From: Vicugna vicugna
Taxonomy: Eukaryota
DNA: 64,000 nucleotides
Direction: 5' to 3'
NCBI GenBank assembly: GCA_013265495.1
Contig: MU061560.1
Location: forward strand, 930,001-994,000
The translations under genes and the position numbers were made by a program. The notes beneath the pieces are model-generated. The model was not told the DNA's origin. It searched no databases and saw nothing but the letters and a program-made list of their open reading frames with translations. Positions 1-12,099 of the stretch are shown one piece after another (position 1 is the first letter of the stretch; each line of letters starts with the position of its first letter).

Positions 1-160
1 GTGATTTACTTTCAAGCGGTTTTACAAAAGAAATCTCACATATGCACAAACAGAAGTTATGTGTAGTAAGTCTAGAAGAAGTGTAAATGGATGTTCATTG
101 CACTATCTTTTCAAATTTTATGAATGTTTGAAACATCTAACAATAAAAGTTGGAAAAAGG
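1..160 (+). mobile_element. Old L1M (L1ME-like) 3' end fragment
   Basis: ggatgttcattgcactatcttttcaaattttatgaatgtttgaaa...aataaaagttggaaaaa resembles an ancient L1 3' terminus. Confidence 0.55.
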
Positions 161-379
161 AGAAGAACCCTGGTCTTCATTAAACTCAGTCTGCTGACAC
201 GGCAGGTGCCAGTGTTTGGATGCTCCGGTTGGTTCTTCACAGACTAGTCCCACTGACTGTCACAAGGGGCCTGTGGATTGCACTCTCTAGGGAAGAGGGG
301 TTCACAGCATCATGATTTAGCAGACAAGGCATTCAACATGTTAGTACCTGTTAAACATGAGATTATATATTAGTAAGAA

Positions 380-562
380 CCATGTTTCATTGAATTTAAG
401 ATATGAAATATTATAAAATGCACTCAAATTTTACATATAGTCAAGAAAGAAAAAAATGTATTACTTTGTACAATGTCTTCTAATGCTAATTTTAAGAAGG
501 ATCCCAATATAAGAAATGCTAAAATATAAAAACAAGCATGAGTCCTAGAGTCAGTGCTGTAC
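380..562. mobile_element. Degenerate TcMar MITE (MER104/Kanga-like)
   Basis: Termini ccatgtttcattgaatttaaga / tcctagagtcagtgctgtac and internal gatcccaatataagaaatgctaaaatataaaa resemble the recalled MER104 consensus. Confidence 0.4.
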
Positions 563-944
563 ACTTCCCCCCCCAAAATGGATAATTACGTAGGAGAATC
601 AGTATAAATTCATCTAGATCTAGCCATTGTCCTATTTATTGCATCTCTAAGGGAAAAATATTAAGAAGAATTTTAATGATGAATTTTAATAATGTATGAC
701 ATAAGGTCTCCTGCCTGTGAAACAGACATGGTTTGATCTATTAGTTATAGAAGTAGTGGAGCAAAATAATGTAGAAATTGTGCAGAAGAAGGCAGAGATT
801 TTGACTCCTGTCATACATTTCAATCCTATGTCATTGGGCTGCTAATGTTCTTAGTTTCAGGATATAGATAAGAGTATTTTTCCTAAGTCATAAGAAATAT
901 TATAGGTGAGAAATAATAAAAACAAAATAATATTAACAATTGCC

Positions 945-1464
945 TGTGCACCGACAGATGACTAGATAAAGAAGTTGTGGTATATTTATACAATGGAATA
1001 CTACTCAGCCATAAAAAATGATAAAATAATGCCATTGGCAGCAACATGGATGGCCCTGGAAAATATCATTCTAAGTGAAGTAAGCTAGAAAGAGAAAGAA
1101 AAATACCATATGATATTTCTCATATGTGGAATTCAAAAAAAAGAGAGAAATGAACTTATATATAAAATAGAAACAGACTCACAGGCATAGAATACAGACT
1201 TGTGGTTGCCAAGGGTGAAAGCAGGTGGGATGGGTGGGAGTTCGAGATTTGCAGATACTGATTGGCATATATAAAATAGATAAACAAATTTATACTGTAT
1301 AGCACAGGGAACTATATTCAGTATTTTGTAGTAGCTCACAGTGAACAAGAATATGAAAATGTATATATGTATATTCATATATGACTGAAGAATTGTGCTG
1401 TACACCAGAAATTGACACAACATTGTAAACCTCAATAAAAAAAACTCCCTCCTCCAAAAAAAAA
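945..1464 (+). mobile_element. 5'-truncated young L1 (ORF2 end, 3'UTR, polyA)
   Basis: Contains the L1 motifs tggaatactactcagccataaaaa and gcagcaacatggatg, then aataaa and an A-tail. TSD aacaattgcc (935-944) / aacagttgcc (1465-1474). Confidence 0.92.
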
Positions 1465-1756
1465 AACAGTTGCCAAAAACTGCATAGTGTAAAATCACAC
1501 ACACACATACACACTGCCCCCCAAACCAAACAAAAACAAAACTAACCCCTTTCTCCACCAAAATAAAACTAAAACCCCAATTCAAGGCATCATTAAGACC
1601 TGGTACAGTGATTATGATAGATAATATTATTATTCCAGATATTTGCTGCTTCTCTCCATGAGAGAGCCATCCCATCTATTTGGCTCAAGAGTGGCCGTGT
1701 GACTTGCATTGGTCAATGAAATATGTGGGAATGTTATGTATCATTTTAAAAGTTTA

Positions 1757-2358
1757 TCTTTTGAAAATAAATTCATTTGTGTCCTTTTTTTCTGACTGAG
1801 TAGTATTCCACTGAGCGCGCGGGCGCGCGCGCGTGTGTGTGTGTGTACACAACTTCTTTTTTTAAATTGAACTATAATCAGTTTATAATGTTGTGTCATT
1901 ATTTCTAATGTACAGCATAATGTTTCAGTCATACATATAGATACATATATTTGTGTTCCTATTATTTTTCATTATACATTACTACAACTGTGTTCCCTGT
2001 GTTATACAGAAGAAACTTGTTGTTTATCTAGTTTGTATGTAGTAGTTACTTTCTGCAAATCTCAAACTCCCAATTTATTCCTTCCCACCCCCTTCCCTCT
2101 CTGGTAACCATGATTGTTTTCAAGGACTGTGAGTCTGTTTCTGCTTTGTTAATAAGTTCATTTGCCTTTTTTTTTTTATGATTCCACATATGAGTGATCT
2201 CATATGGTTTTTTTCTTTCTCTTTCTGGCTTACTTCACTTAGACTGACATTCTCCAGGTCCATCCATGTTGCTGCAAATGGCATTATTTTATTATTTTTT
2301 ATGGCTGACTAGTATTCCATCATATAAATTTACCACAACTTCTTTATCCAGTCATCTT
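1757..2358 (-). mobile_element. L1 3' end joined in tandem to a second, internally deleted L1 3' segment
   Basis: Antisense L1 3'UTR at 1856-2358 (catccatgttgctgcaaatggc), polyT at ~1857-1864, and a second L1 piece at 1757-1856. Confidence 0.88.
1815..1850. repeat. (GC)n(GT)n alternating purine-pyrimidine tract
   Basis: gcgcgcgggcgcgcgcgcgtgtgtgtgtgtgtacac is directly visible. Confidence 0.9.
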
Positions 2359-3299
2359 TCTCCCCTGGATATAACCAGACTGAATCATCTCCTGACTTTT
2401 CCTGTCTTGAGCTTCATTTATGCCCTTTTCCTTCTGAATTGCCTCCATTCCTCATTCCCCTAATGCCTTCTGGTTGGAATCTTCCTAAAAGCCTACTGTG
2501 TCATTTCCACCCCAGTCTTGTTACTGGGACATTGGTTTTTCTTTTCTCATAGTTATCCATGTTCTTGCTTTTCATATAATTGTACCAATATATATTATTC
2601 ATTAGTCAGGTTTGTAAAAATTAATTGTATCGTTCTCAGCAAGGAAGAATCTACTAAGCAGAATTTCTTTGACTTTCAAAGCCCTTTACCTTATAAGAGT
2701 AATTCCGGTTGTTTTCAAGAGCTATTTCTGTATTAAAATTCACTTGTAGATAGGAACATTTAAATTATTCATTCAGGGTAATTTTCCTCAGAACATAAAA
2801 CTTGTTAGATTAAAAGCAGATTTCACAATGGAAATGTTATCTTAGCATGAACTGTGGCATCGATAACTTAAATTATACTTAATGTCCATTTTCTAAAATA
2901 TCATTGATTCATATGTCAATGAAAATTCCATTAGGCAATTATGAAGTTGTTGATAAACTCATTTAATCCCCATTTTCCCCTCCTGAAGGAATGGATATTT
3001 TAAAGCTCAGGTTATTCCCCTTCATTTTGCCAAATATTAAAATATTCCCAATGTGGCAGATTTACTTTAATGGGTTTTTGAACAGAGTTGGATCAGTGGA
3101 AGATTTGGCTGCATGCACAGTTTTCTTCTGTAGCTAAAAGAGAGGTTTTTTTTGTTTTTTTTTTTTACAGCAGAATGGCCCACGAGCATTGTCATTAAGA
3201 TACCCTTTGGTGGAAGTAACCAACTTTTGTAAATGTTCAATGAAATTAGATATCACAGTTACAGAAATTCATTTGCAATTTTTGATTTTAGATTTTAAA

Positions 3300-4110
3300 A
3301 GCATCACAATATTATAGTTGGCAGAAATTGTGTGGGCAGTCTAGTTTAATTTTGTCCTCAGTGTTGGAAAATTTTATTACCACTTATGATAGATGGCCCT
3401 CAATTTTACATTTAAACTTGTCCACTAATGAAAGATTGCTTTCTTCCTGAACTGGTCCCTTTCTTTGGAAGTTTTAGCTACTGGAATGTGTTATGTACTT
3501 GAAACAATACGGTAGAAACTGTTATTTTCCCCAGTGACTGCCCTTCGAATAGCTGAGGGCAGGGTTTGTGTCTGTTTGCCTCTCGTCTCCAATCCTTAAT
3601 TGTCCTGATCTCACTTTTTTGGATGCTCCTCTTTGAAAGGCAGACTCAGAGCCAGATATGATTTTCTAGATGTCATCTGGCCGACAGACAGTGGGACTGT
3701 TGCCTTCTTTAATCTTGATTCTCTGGCACATAGTAGCTGATCCATCATCAGCTGTGAAGAACGCTGTCCATGATCCCAGTTTTCATAGCCATGTGACTCT
3801 TTATTGAACTGCAGGTCAACTAAACTTCGTGGAGAAAGTTGTACATTACAATGTTTCCAAATAACGGATCATTGGAACAAGAATTCAGAAATTAACCAAG
3901 CCTTTTTATTCATCCTTAAATTTATTTCAGTTCTAATTCTGACATATTCCTTCCAATTGTCATCTTCAAATTTGGTACACGTTTTTAATAGATATTTACC
4001 AACACTGCTGATACAATTGTTGAAGAAAATGAGTCCTATAGATTTGAATTTATTAAACTGATGTTTTTCATCATCTTTTTTGAGCTTCACTTCCTTCATT
4101 TGAGGTTTAT
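3300..4110 (-). mobile_element. Ancient CR1/L3 LINE remnant
   Basis: ORF 3869-4099(-) IFFNNCISSVGKYLLKTCTKFEDD aligns to the CR1 RT motif LFNIFINDL...KFADD. Sequence at 3600-3720 also looks L3-like. Confidence 0.55.
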
Positions 4111-4134
4111 GTCATGCTCTGTGGAAGTAGGAGA

Positions 4135-4575
4135 TTGGAGTGTTAACAGCACATGCTGTTTGTCTGTCTACCTTGGTTTGAAGCGTGGATCCACCAACAA
4201 TAAGCTGTGTGATGTTTGCCAAGCTACTTAACCTCTCTGTGGCTTTGTTTATTCATGAAAAATATCAGAAAAATGGGAATGATAATTGTACGTGGCACCA
4301 AGAATTCTGTTGCTAAAAAAGTATTTAATTAAAAAATTTTTTTTTATTTTGGTGGGGGGTAGGTAATTAGATTTGTTTATTTATTTAATGGAGCTAATGG
4401 CGATTGAACCCAGGACCTTGTGCATGCTAAGCCTCTACTCTACCACTGAGCATACCTTCCCCTCTACCAGTACAGAGAATTCTAATGAAGATCATGTGAG
4501 GTAGTACATGTAAATAATTTATAATTAATTTCTGGTGCTCAATAGGAGGCACTCAATAAACTCTGTTCTTATTAA
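4135..4575 (+). mobile_element. MIR SINE interrupted by a younger SINE
   Basis: MIR core agctgtgtga...caagctacttaacctctctgtg and tail gcactcaataaa. Confidence 0.7.
4338..4463 (-). mobile_element. tRNA-derived SINE (camelid Vic-1 type)
   Basis: Reverse strand reads ggggaaggtatgctcagtggtagag...cttagcatgcacaaggtcctgggttcaatc (A and B boxes), followed by an A-rich tail. Confidence 0.88.
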
Positions 4576-4904
4576 TTATTCTTAATGCTAGAAGATGAAA
4601 AATGAACAATATTACTTTCCTACTGTGACCTCTTAGATCATTCTTCCTAACCAGCAAGTTTTTTCCCTTTTTCTGAACATAGATTTTTAAAGCCTTAATG
4701 ACATCATGTGCCATGGACACCAGTAGTCCTCACGGTAGAGCGAGCTGTTTTGCTGCTAGTTAATTTATTCCCTGTTCATAGGAATCATACCCTAGCCTAA
4801 TGTATTGAATTCTCTTAATTTGAAATTTTCTTCCACCTTAAAAATTTTCAGTACCTTAAATTATATTCTTGGACTTAAATCGAAAGAAATAAGGATAAAG
4901 CAGG

Positions 4905-5250
4905 AAAGCAAGTGTGCATGAAAATATTCATGGTAGGATTATTTGTAACAAAAATAAAACAACTTGAATGCCCAGTGATAGAAAAATACTCAAATCGTAT
5001 GATGTATATGCTTGTCACAATATTATGCAGCCATTTAGATATTTTATATTAATAGTGGAAGAGTGTATGTTAATGTGAACAAATGTCTTTATTATAAGGA
5101 GAAAGTAGAAAACAGGTTACAAATTTGTTTTTACAGAAAAATTAACCTATGAAAAATAAACGAATTAACTAAAAATTGTGCACAGAAAAAATAAAGAGGA
5201 AAAATAACTCTGAGATGTTAATACAGGTTTTCTTTAGTTAGAGGGACTAT
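4905..5250 (+). mobile_element. Old L1ME-like 3' fragment
   Basis: atattcatggtaggattatttgtaacaaaa...aacaacttgaatgcccagtgata...tattatgcagccattta. Confidence 0.55.
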
Positions 5251-5659
5251 TAACCCTGATGCTGAGTATTAATGGTAGTATATCAAATAAACATCAAAAG
5301 AAAAATCACTAATAACTAGTTGCCATGTATTTTGTTCTGGGAATAAATATTTGTGGTAAGATGTGTGCTATAATGTAACAATATTTTCTGCTAGCAAAAT
5401 TTTATATCTGTGGTAGAATTAAATGTATTTATATTTAATTTTCTTCACAAAAGGCATCATATTCCATGGAGTCCCAAGACTTCCATGTGCTCTGCCTAAT
5501 AAAGAAATTTGAGACCCACAGAGATGCTTGTTTTGTGAAGATTGTAGCAATTCAGAGCTTCTTTGGTTAGCCAGGTCATGTGAGGACAGGGGACATTTTA
5601 TCTTCCTTCACTGGAATGAACAGAATTTCACTCTTCTTATTAAAGACCGTCTGGTATAT

Positions 5660-5880
5660 TAACATTGTAATCACTTGTATTTTATTGAGCTCTTATTATG
5701 TTCCAGAATACAGTGGTTTACAAAAGCTGGTAACTAATTTAATCTCTACAGTGACGCCATGAGGGGAGCACTTCCCACTTTACAGCTAAAGAAATGGAGG
5801 TTCAGAGAAGTTACATAAACTGCTCAGGACTGCAGGCACAGGTATATTTGAGTTGGCTGTGAATCCAACGCTGACACTAT
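5660..5880 (-). mobile_element. MIR SINE
   Basis: cccactttacagctaaagaaatggaggttcagagaagttacataaactgctcagg. Confidence 0.7.
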
Positions 5881-7051
5881 ATTGTACTGGCTTTCCTATA
5901 ATATTACATTGAGCACAATCAGAGTAAGTTTCAAAATAACAACTCTTCTTTTATCCCTTATATTATGAAGACATGATCTGTGGTGGTCAAAAAGTTATTG
6001 CCTAAATTTTATCTTTTTATTGAAAGAGTCTTCTATAAAGAAGCACATGTTTCTGAGTTTTTTTCCAGGAAATAAAAATAACAAAATGATTTGCAAAAAA
6101 AGAGGTTTATATTGATTAATCTTTTGTATATGCTGTATTTTCTTTCTGTGTAGGTATGTGAATCTGTATTAACCTACTATTGTAAAACTTTAGGTTAAGC
6201 CCCAGTACCTAGATCTTTAAACTCTGTCCTGTCTTGATTGCCAGGGAATTCACTAAAATGTTTTGTTTAGGGTCATCTTGCCGTGGGCACCAGGTTAGTT
6301 TTGGGTATACTGTGATGATGACACAATGCTTCTATAACATCGAGAAACTCAATTAGACAGACATGTGATCAACATTCACTCAGCAGCAGCAGGGGAGTCC
6401 TGACATGATGTTACTTGCAGAAATTCACCGTACAAATAAGACACAGTCTAGGTCTCAAAGAGATGTAAATAATTAGAATATAACATGATGATTACCAATG
6501 AGTTACATGTAAAATGTCTAGGAGGGTTGGAAATGGATAAGGAAGGCTTTGGAGAGGAGGTGATGTTAGAATTTAGTCCTAATGGATGAGTAAGAGCCTG
6601 TCATGGGCAAATTGGAAATACCACACGAGAAAGACAAATCAGCAGGAGCAGCGGTATAGTTATATAGGAGCATCTGGGGATGTTACAGGAATGTCTGTGC
6701 TTAAATGTGGCTAGTTATAATCATATTTTGAGGGAGTAAGGAGAACTCATATCATGCTTAACCCTCATTTATTTTCTCATAATAATTCATTTCAATCTAA
6801 CTGTATACCTGGCATATGGATAAAAGATACAGAATATCTTGTTCATGCTATTGGAATAGGTTGATCCTAAATTGTTGCCTTTTAAAAATTTGTGCTTTTG
6901 AAGGAGAGTCAGCTTATGTATAGGTGCATATAATTTTATTTTAGTTATTCAAATGTTTGCTTGATTTGAGGGAAAAATCATAAAGAGATTCAGAGATTGT
7001 TATGCTATATTTATAAGAAAAAAAATATCCAGAAGATTTGAGATGTATGTT

Positions 7052-7193
7052 GTTTTTCCTTTTGTCTTTGTGTGTGTGGGGGTGGTGGTGGTTAGGTTTA
7101 TTTATTTATTTATTTTGATGGAGATACTGGGGATTGAACCTAGGACCTTGTGCACGCTAAGCATGCACTGTACCACTGAGTATACCTTCCCCC
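7052..7193 (-). mobile_element. tRNA-derived SINE (Vic-1 type)
   Basis: actggggattgaacctaggaccttgtgcacgctaagcatgcactgtaccactgag. Imperfect TSD tgagatgtatgtt (7039-7051) / tgagatttatatt (7194-7206). Confidence 0.9.
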
Positions 7194-8288
7194 TGAGATT
7201 TATATTTATTTTTCAGAAGAAGAATGCAATTCTGTGTCCTGAGCACATTTTGATCAACTAAAAAGATTTTATTACAACTTTAAACAGCCACAGTAATTAA
7301 ATATTTTATTCAGGTACCATTTGTTATTTTGGTTTTCTTTCCAACCACTTCTGGTACTGCTTTTTAGATTATTAAAACCACTTGCATCTGTTATGATCTC
7401 AAGCATGATTCTTTTTATAGCTGACATTTAAATTATTTGTAACTTCATTTGCTATTTTACTTGCATTTTGCTTTCTTATTATCTAACTGCCTATTTCTTA
7501 TTTGCAAGTCTGCAGCCTCCCTTCTACCGCTAAGAGCTAGTTTGCATTTTTTATGTGCTTAAGACAAACAGAGAAACTCCTGAAAATAGGAAAACATTCA
7601 AAGATGACTTGAATTCAGTTGCTCAGTGCTGTTGAGTTACTACCTTTCCAACTGCAGGAAGAGTCTGTGTTAAAAGGCATCTCTGTAAACACGGAAGGAT
7701 GGTTTTGCTCATCTTTTATTCTCAACGGGAACTTCTCCATAGTGCAGTCACTTAGAATGAGTTTCTGAATAGTGCATTTGGAGAAGTATTTTATCCTTTT
7801 TGGAACTTCTTTCTGCATCTAAAATAATTAGAGAATGTCATAAGCATTTAATAAGTATGGGTGACTAAATAATGGACATACACAAACATTTTAACGTTAT
7901 TTACCTACTAACTTCCTTTGTGATATTTCAACTCCTCACAAATTTAAGAAGTCGATCCTAAATTGGATTTTTCTTTTGTCTAAAACATGGCCAGACTCTT
8001 CCTACTTCATTCTAATTCAGTGTGTGACGTTTGCAGTGATACCATCTGGGGAGTCTTCTACTTCTGTTCCCATTTTTCACTGCTTTCTTCTAGGCTGGTG
8101 GGTTGAAGGTAACACTAAGAAAAACAAGACATGATTCCTTCTTCAAGGAACTTCAAGTTAACTAGAAAGCTATGGAACCAAGATGGAACTCAGTAATACA
8201 AATCAGTCTGAAAATATAGGTCGATGTTCAAGACAGGAAACGATCACTTTAAAAAAGGGGGTCAGGAAAAATACGGGACTTTCAGCTA

Positions 8289-8680
8289 TGAAAGGGAGCA
8301 GGACCCCATGGGCCCTCACTATACGAATCCTTTCTGTCTCCCATTTCTCTTTTGTAGGAAATAGGTTTCATGGAGATTCCGTGACCTCCTCTGATTTCCA
8401 AAGGGCAGATTCAAACACTTGCTAATCTGGGAAGGGACGGGGTGCAGAAGTGAGGGAGGAACAGTCAAGAAACAATAGTGCAACCTTGAAGCAGGGTCCT
8501 AGTTCCTCCTCAAGAAATATATATAACAATATCTTTAAGTTCTTCTGCAGGACGAAGTCCTCCCAACCCTTGCCTCTTGTTTACAGCTGAGCAGAATCTT
8601 TGGAGATGGTTTGTTAGGGGACATGGGGTCCCCCAGATTGCCTGCATTCTGATTGAGATGCAAAGCAACTTTCCTTTTTG
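8289..8680 (+). mobile_element. ERV1-class LTR (partial)
   Basis: Starts tgaaagggagcaggaccc; the LTR-like ttggagatggtttg...ccccagattgcc...gcaactttcc is cut off by the next LTR. Confidence 0.6.
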
Positions 8681-8683
8681 TTA

Positions 8684-9236
8684 TGAAGGCTGTTGCCTCC
8701 AGTATCATACCTCTGCCCCTCACTTGAATAGAAACCAATTACTCTTATCTAAGTCTCAGGAGAAGACATAAGAACTGGTTAGAACTGATAAAGTCCAAGA
8801 TGGCAGGAGATTTGACTTCCAGTGGACCTTGAGCCTCATGATGGGCTCACTGTATTAGCACGCTAAATGACACACTCACCAGCACCATGACAGTTGATGA
8901 TTGCCGGACAACAACCAGAAGAGCCAACACTAAGACAGAAGACAAGGTGCTTGGCTCCAGCACATCCTGAATGAGGACATAGTATCAGAAGCCTCCCATA
9001 AAAGTCCACGTGGCCCAACTCAGGCTGGAGCTGTCTCTACCAGCCATCTTGGCTCATGGTGCTCCGCTCAAGTGTCTTTTTCTTGCTTGAGCACTTTTCT
9101 TTCTTTCTCCCTGCTCCAGGGCTTTCCTTCCTTCTCTTTTGAGAAATAAAGCAGCTTTTGCTCTGTCCCTCTGCCTCAGCTGTGAATTCTTTTCAGCCAG
9201 CAGGCAAGAACCCACCTTTTGTGGGATCCCCATTCT
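8684..9236 (+). mobile_element. MER41-related ERV1 solo LTR
   Basis: ccaagatggcaggagatttgacttcc and gcacgctaaatgacacactcaccagcaccatgacagtt match the recalled MER41 U3. Also has TATA-like cataaaag, aataaa (~9146) and tgaattctttt...caagaaccc. Confidence 0.7.
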
Positions 9237-9239
9237 AAA

Positions 9240-9815
9240 TGAGACAGGAGGGAAGGGGGCAGGGCACAGTCATTAAAAGAATGACACAGCAATTAGCACC
9301 GAGATGGCGGAAAAGTCAACTCCCAGTAAACCTTGAGCTTCGATATACACTCATTGAAATGCAACAGCATGATAAATGGTACTCCCAGAGGTGCCTGGAC
9401 AGTTTTAAGGCTGACCATAAAATGGCAAAGGGGGGTGTTTGGCCCATTTCCTGAGCATCTCACCCCCTTCTCCAAAGTAGGTGGAGCAATCCTCTACTTG
9501 TTAGCATATGACGTTACTCAGCCCGTAACAACTAGCGACGTCATGCCTCGCGGCCTCTTGGTCCCTCAGCTTCCAAGACGGCCCGCACTCTGTCTCTGGA
9601 GTGTGGATCTACTTTAACTTTAAACTGAGCACCCAAGCCCCGCACCTCTTGGCCTTTCTCTTGCCTCCTAAAACAACCTGCACTCTGCCCATAGAGTCCG
9701 CATCTCTCTCTGAATAAATCTACCTTTACTCAACTGCGGCTCACTCTTGAATTGCCAAGGAGCCACACGTGGCAGGGCATGTCCCAGAATGCCCCACATT
9801 CTTTTCCCTATATCA
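9240..9815 (+). mobile_element. MER41-related ERV1 solo LTR (second subfamily)
   Basis: Starts tgagacaggagggaaggggg and contains agatggcgg, gcatgataaatggtactcccag and aataaa (~9713). Ends near tatatca; the 3' end is approximate. Confidence 0.7.
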
Positions 9816-9879
9816 TGGGGGGGAGCCTTTCATCCACTAACAGGTACGAGTTGCGTGGGTGACGTCTTCCAGTGCCTAG

Positions 9880-11290
9880 GAAACAAAAAAATAATAAGAT
9901 AAAGAAGTATGGGGAGTCCTGGGAAGGACAGAATTAATTTGGTTGGGACATTTAATTAACTGAGGGTAACTGTAGAAGATAGATCTGGAAGGATAGTTTG
10001 GGTCCACATTGTGGGGGATTTAGAAAGCCAGGCTTGCAGGTTAAGACTTAGTATGCTGGGACAAGTGAAGAAATTTGAACAGAGGAGTGGCAGGGATAAA
10101 TAGCTGTATTAAGAACATTTGGCAGCACTATGTCAGCAGCCTGGGGTAGGAGAGACTCCTAAACTGGAGGGCCAGCTAGAAGTTGTGTAGGTAGGAACTG
10201 ATGAAGATCTGAATCAGAGTAATGGAAGTGCATTCAGGAGACAGTGGGTAGTGGGGTGCTGGGGAAGGAAAACATTGTCTTCTACCCTTCCAGGTTCTTC
10301 CAGTTGGTCTAAGAATTAAATCAACATGAGACAGATTAACAGGAGAAAAATCAAGAAAAATTTAGTAACATATATACGTGGGAGAGATCCAGGAGAACTG
10401 AGGAACTTGTCAGAATAGCCGAAGCCCTCGCCTTAAGCATCATCTTCAGCTGCGGACAAAAGAGGTTGTGGGGGATGGTGCTTTGGGACCTCAAAGGGGA
10501 GGAAGGCAATTTACGTGGAGATGGAAAAGCAAATCTTTTTGCTAAGTAGCTGTTTGTAGGGCCATGCAGAGACAAGGGGATGCAAATTGGAGCTCTGATC
10601 TCTAGGCCCTCCAGAGTTCCCCTCACCACACCGAACCCATATTCTTTGCAGATAGGTGTATTCTGGGAACGGGCACATTATCTAAATCCTTTAAGGCAAT
10701 TAGAAGGAAGGTCAGTTTCTTCCTGAGTCTTTTTGTCCTGCTTATTTTCAGCTCACAATCATACTCATGCCAAAGAGACATTTGGGTGGCAAAGTTTGCT
10801 TCCCTATAGGGGCTCTTTATGGGGTTGGCCATGCTGGGTCTGGGGGGCACAGGGAATGGAAAAGCCAAAAATAAATTTAAGATTTTCTTTATAACCAAGA
10901 GAAAGGTGAAGTTATTCAAAGAAATGAGGAGTCAGGAGGAGGAATCGATTTTGAAAGGGTAGGATGATAATTTTAATTTTATATATTTTAAAGTGGAGAA
11001 TTCCCGCAGGTTTTGAATATAGATTTAGAAGCAATAGGCATAGATAGTTGAAAGCATAGGAAATTATAATATCCTTCAAAGGTAGCAGGTAAACAAACAA
11101 TTTAAATAGGAGAGAATATCAAGAAAACAAAAAGAGTAGGTGCATATCCTTGGAACTGGAATTCACTGTGCTAAGAACTACCATAAAGGTAGAAGAGGGT
11201 GGTATAGACATTTATCAGGGTCTTTAAGAATCAAAGGAAGGGAAGGCTAAGCTGATGCTGAAACATGATTAGGGGTTTGCCAGAAAGAGA
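9880..11290. mobile_element. L2 LINE fragments interrupted by the LTR at 10257-10808
   Basis: L2-like phrases: gaaatttgaacagaggagtggcaggg, tttaaagtggag...ggaaattataatatcc. Confidence 0.5.
10257..10808 (-). mobile_element. ERV1 solo LTR (MER34/MER39-like group)
   Basis: tg...ta(ca-like) termini with a 4-bp TSD gggg (10253-10256 / 10809-10812). Homologous to the elements at 12857 and 22098 (agattaacaggagaaaaa block). Confidence 0.75.
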
Positions 11291-11298
11291 TTGGGGTG

Positions 11299-11750
11299 TG
11301 TGAATAAAAAACACTGCAAACCATATCAGTAAACAAAGAACGCTGAGGCCATCAAGTCATCAGTGGCTGCCACCCCCCTCCTAGTGAGGACAAGCTTGCA
11401 GCCCGCCTCTGCAGCCACTCACAATGGTACACCCTGAGGGGACTCAGAATAAGAAAGGACAGCACACTGGCCCTAGGTAGCTAGGTGCTTGTCAAAGGAA
11501 TGAATTCAATGAGCCCAAATGTTTGCTTCCTCCCATACAGAGAAAAGCGCTAAATGCTTGAACTTGAGATGCCTGGNNNNNNNNNNNNNNNNNNNNCTCT
11601 GTTGTAAGCTCCTACATATCCTGGCTCCTCCCCTGCCTCTTCGGAGCAGCCCCTCAGAGCCACCTGAGAGGCTGTCTTCCCGGCTGGAGTCCTCCCGCCA
11701 AGGAAAACACACCTGTCAGCTTTTAGGCTGCGCATTTATTTCAGTCGATA
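11299..11750 (+). mobile_element. ERV1 solo LTR, copy A (contains a 20-N gap)
   Basis: tgtgaat...gtcgata termini with TSD ggtg (11295-11298 / 11751-11754). Reverse-complement homolog of 12100-12593. Confidence 0.88.
11577..11596. other. Assembly gap
   Basis: Run of 20 N. Confidence 0.99.
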
Positions 11751-12099
11751 GGTGTGAAAGAGTTTGCACTGTGGATTCAAGAAAGTGGACTCAGCCAGCC
11801 ATAGGAAGGCTTGCTACCCTGTGGTGTTCCTCCCTCAGAACCTGGTAGCAAGACCTACACATTCCTTTAGGACTTACAACTTCAGGCTGCCTTTTATTCC
11901 CCAAAGAAGCTCCCTGACTCGTGAAGTAATTTTGTTTTTAGAAGGTCTTATCCAACTCTGATTTTGCTTAATTCAAAACTGTACATCTAAGCTGCCTTAC
12001 TAAGGTGTTTAAATTTATCTGGATTTTTCTGGATAATAAGCCAACAGAGGCTTTCAGTTAATAATTCCCACTCTATTAGCTATAAGTGAAAATTGAAAC

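Noticed and set aside
1133..1675. Longest ORF (180 aa, hydrophobic, membrane-protein-like)
   Set aside because: It is the T-rich antisense reading of an L1 3'UTR/polyA and a CA repeat.
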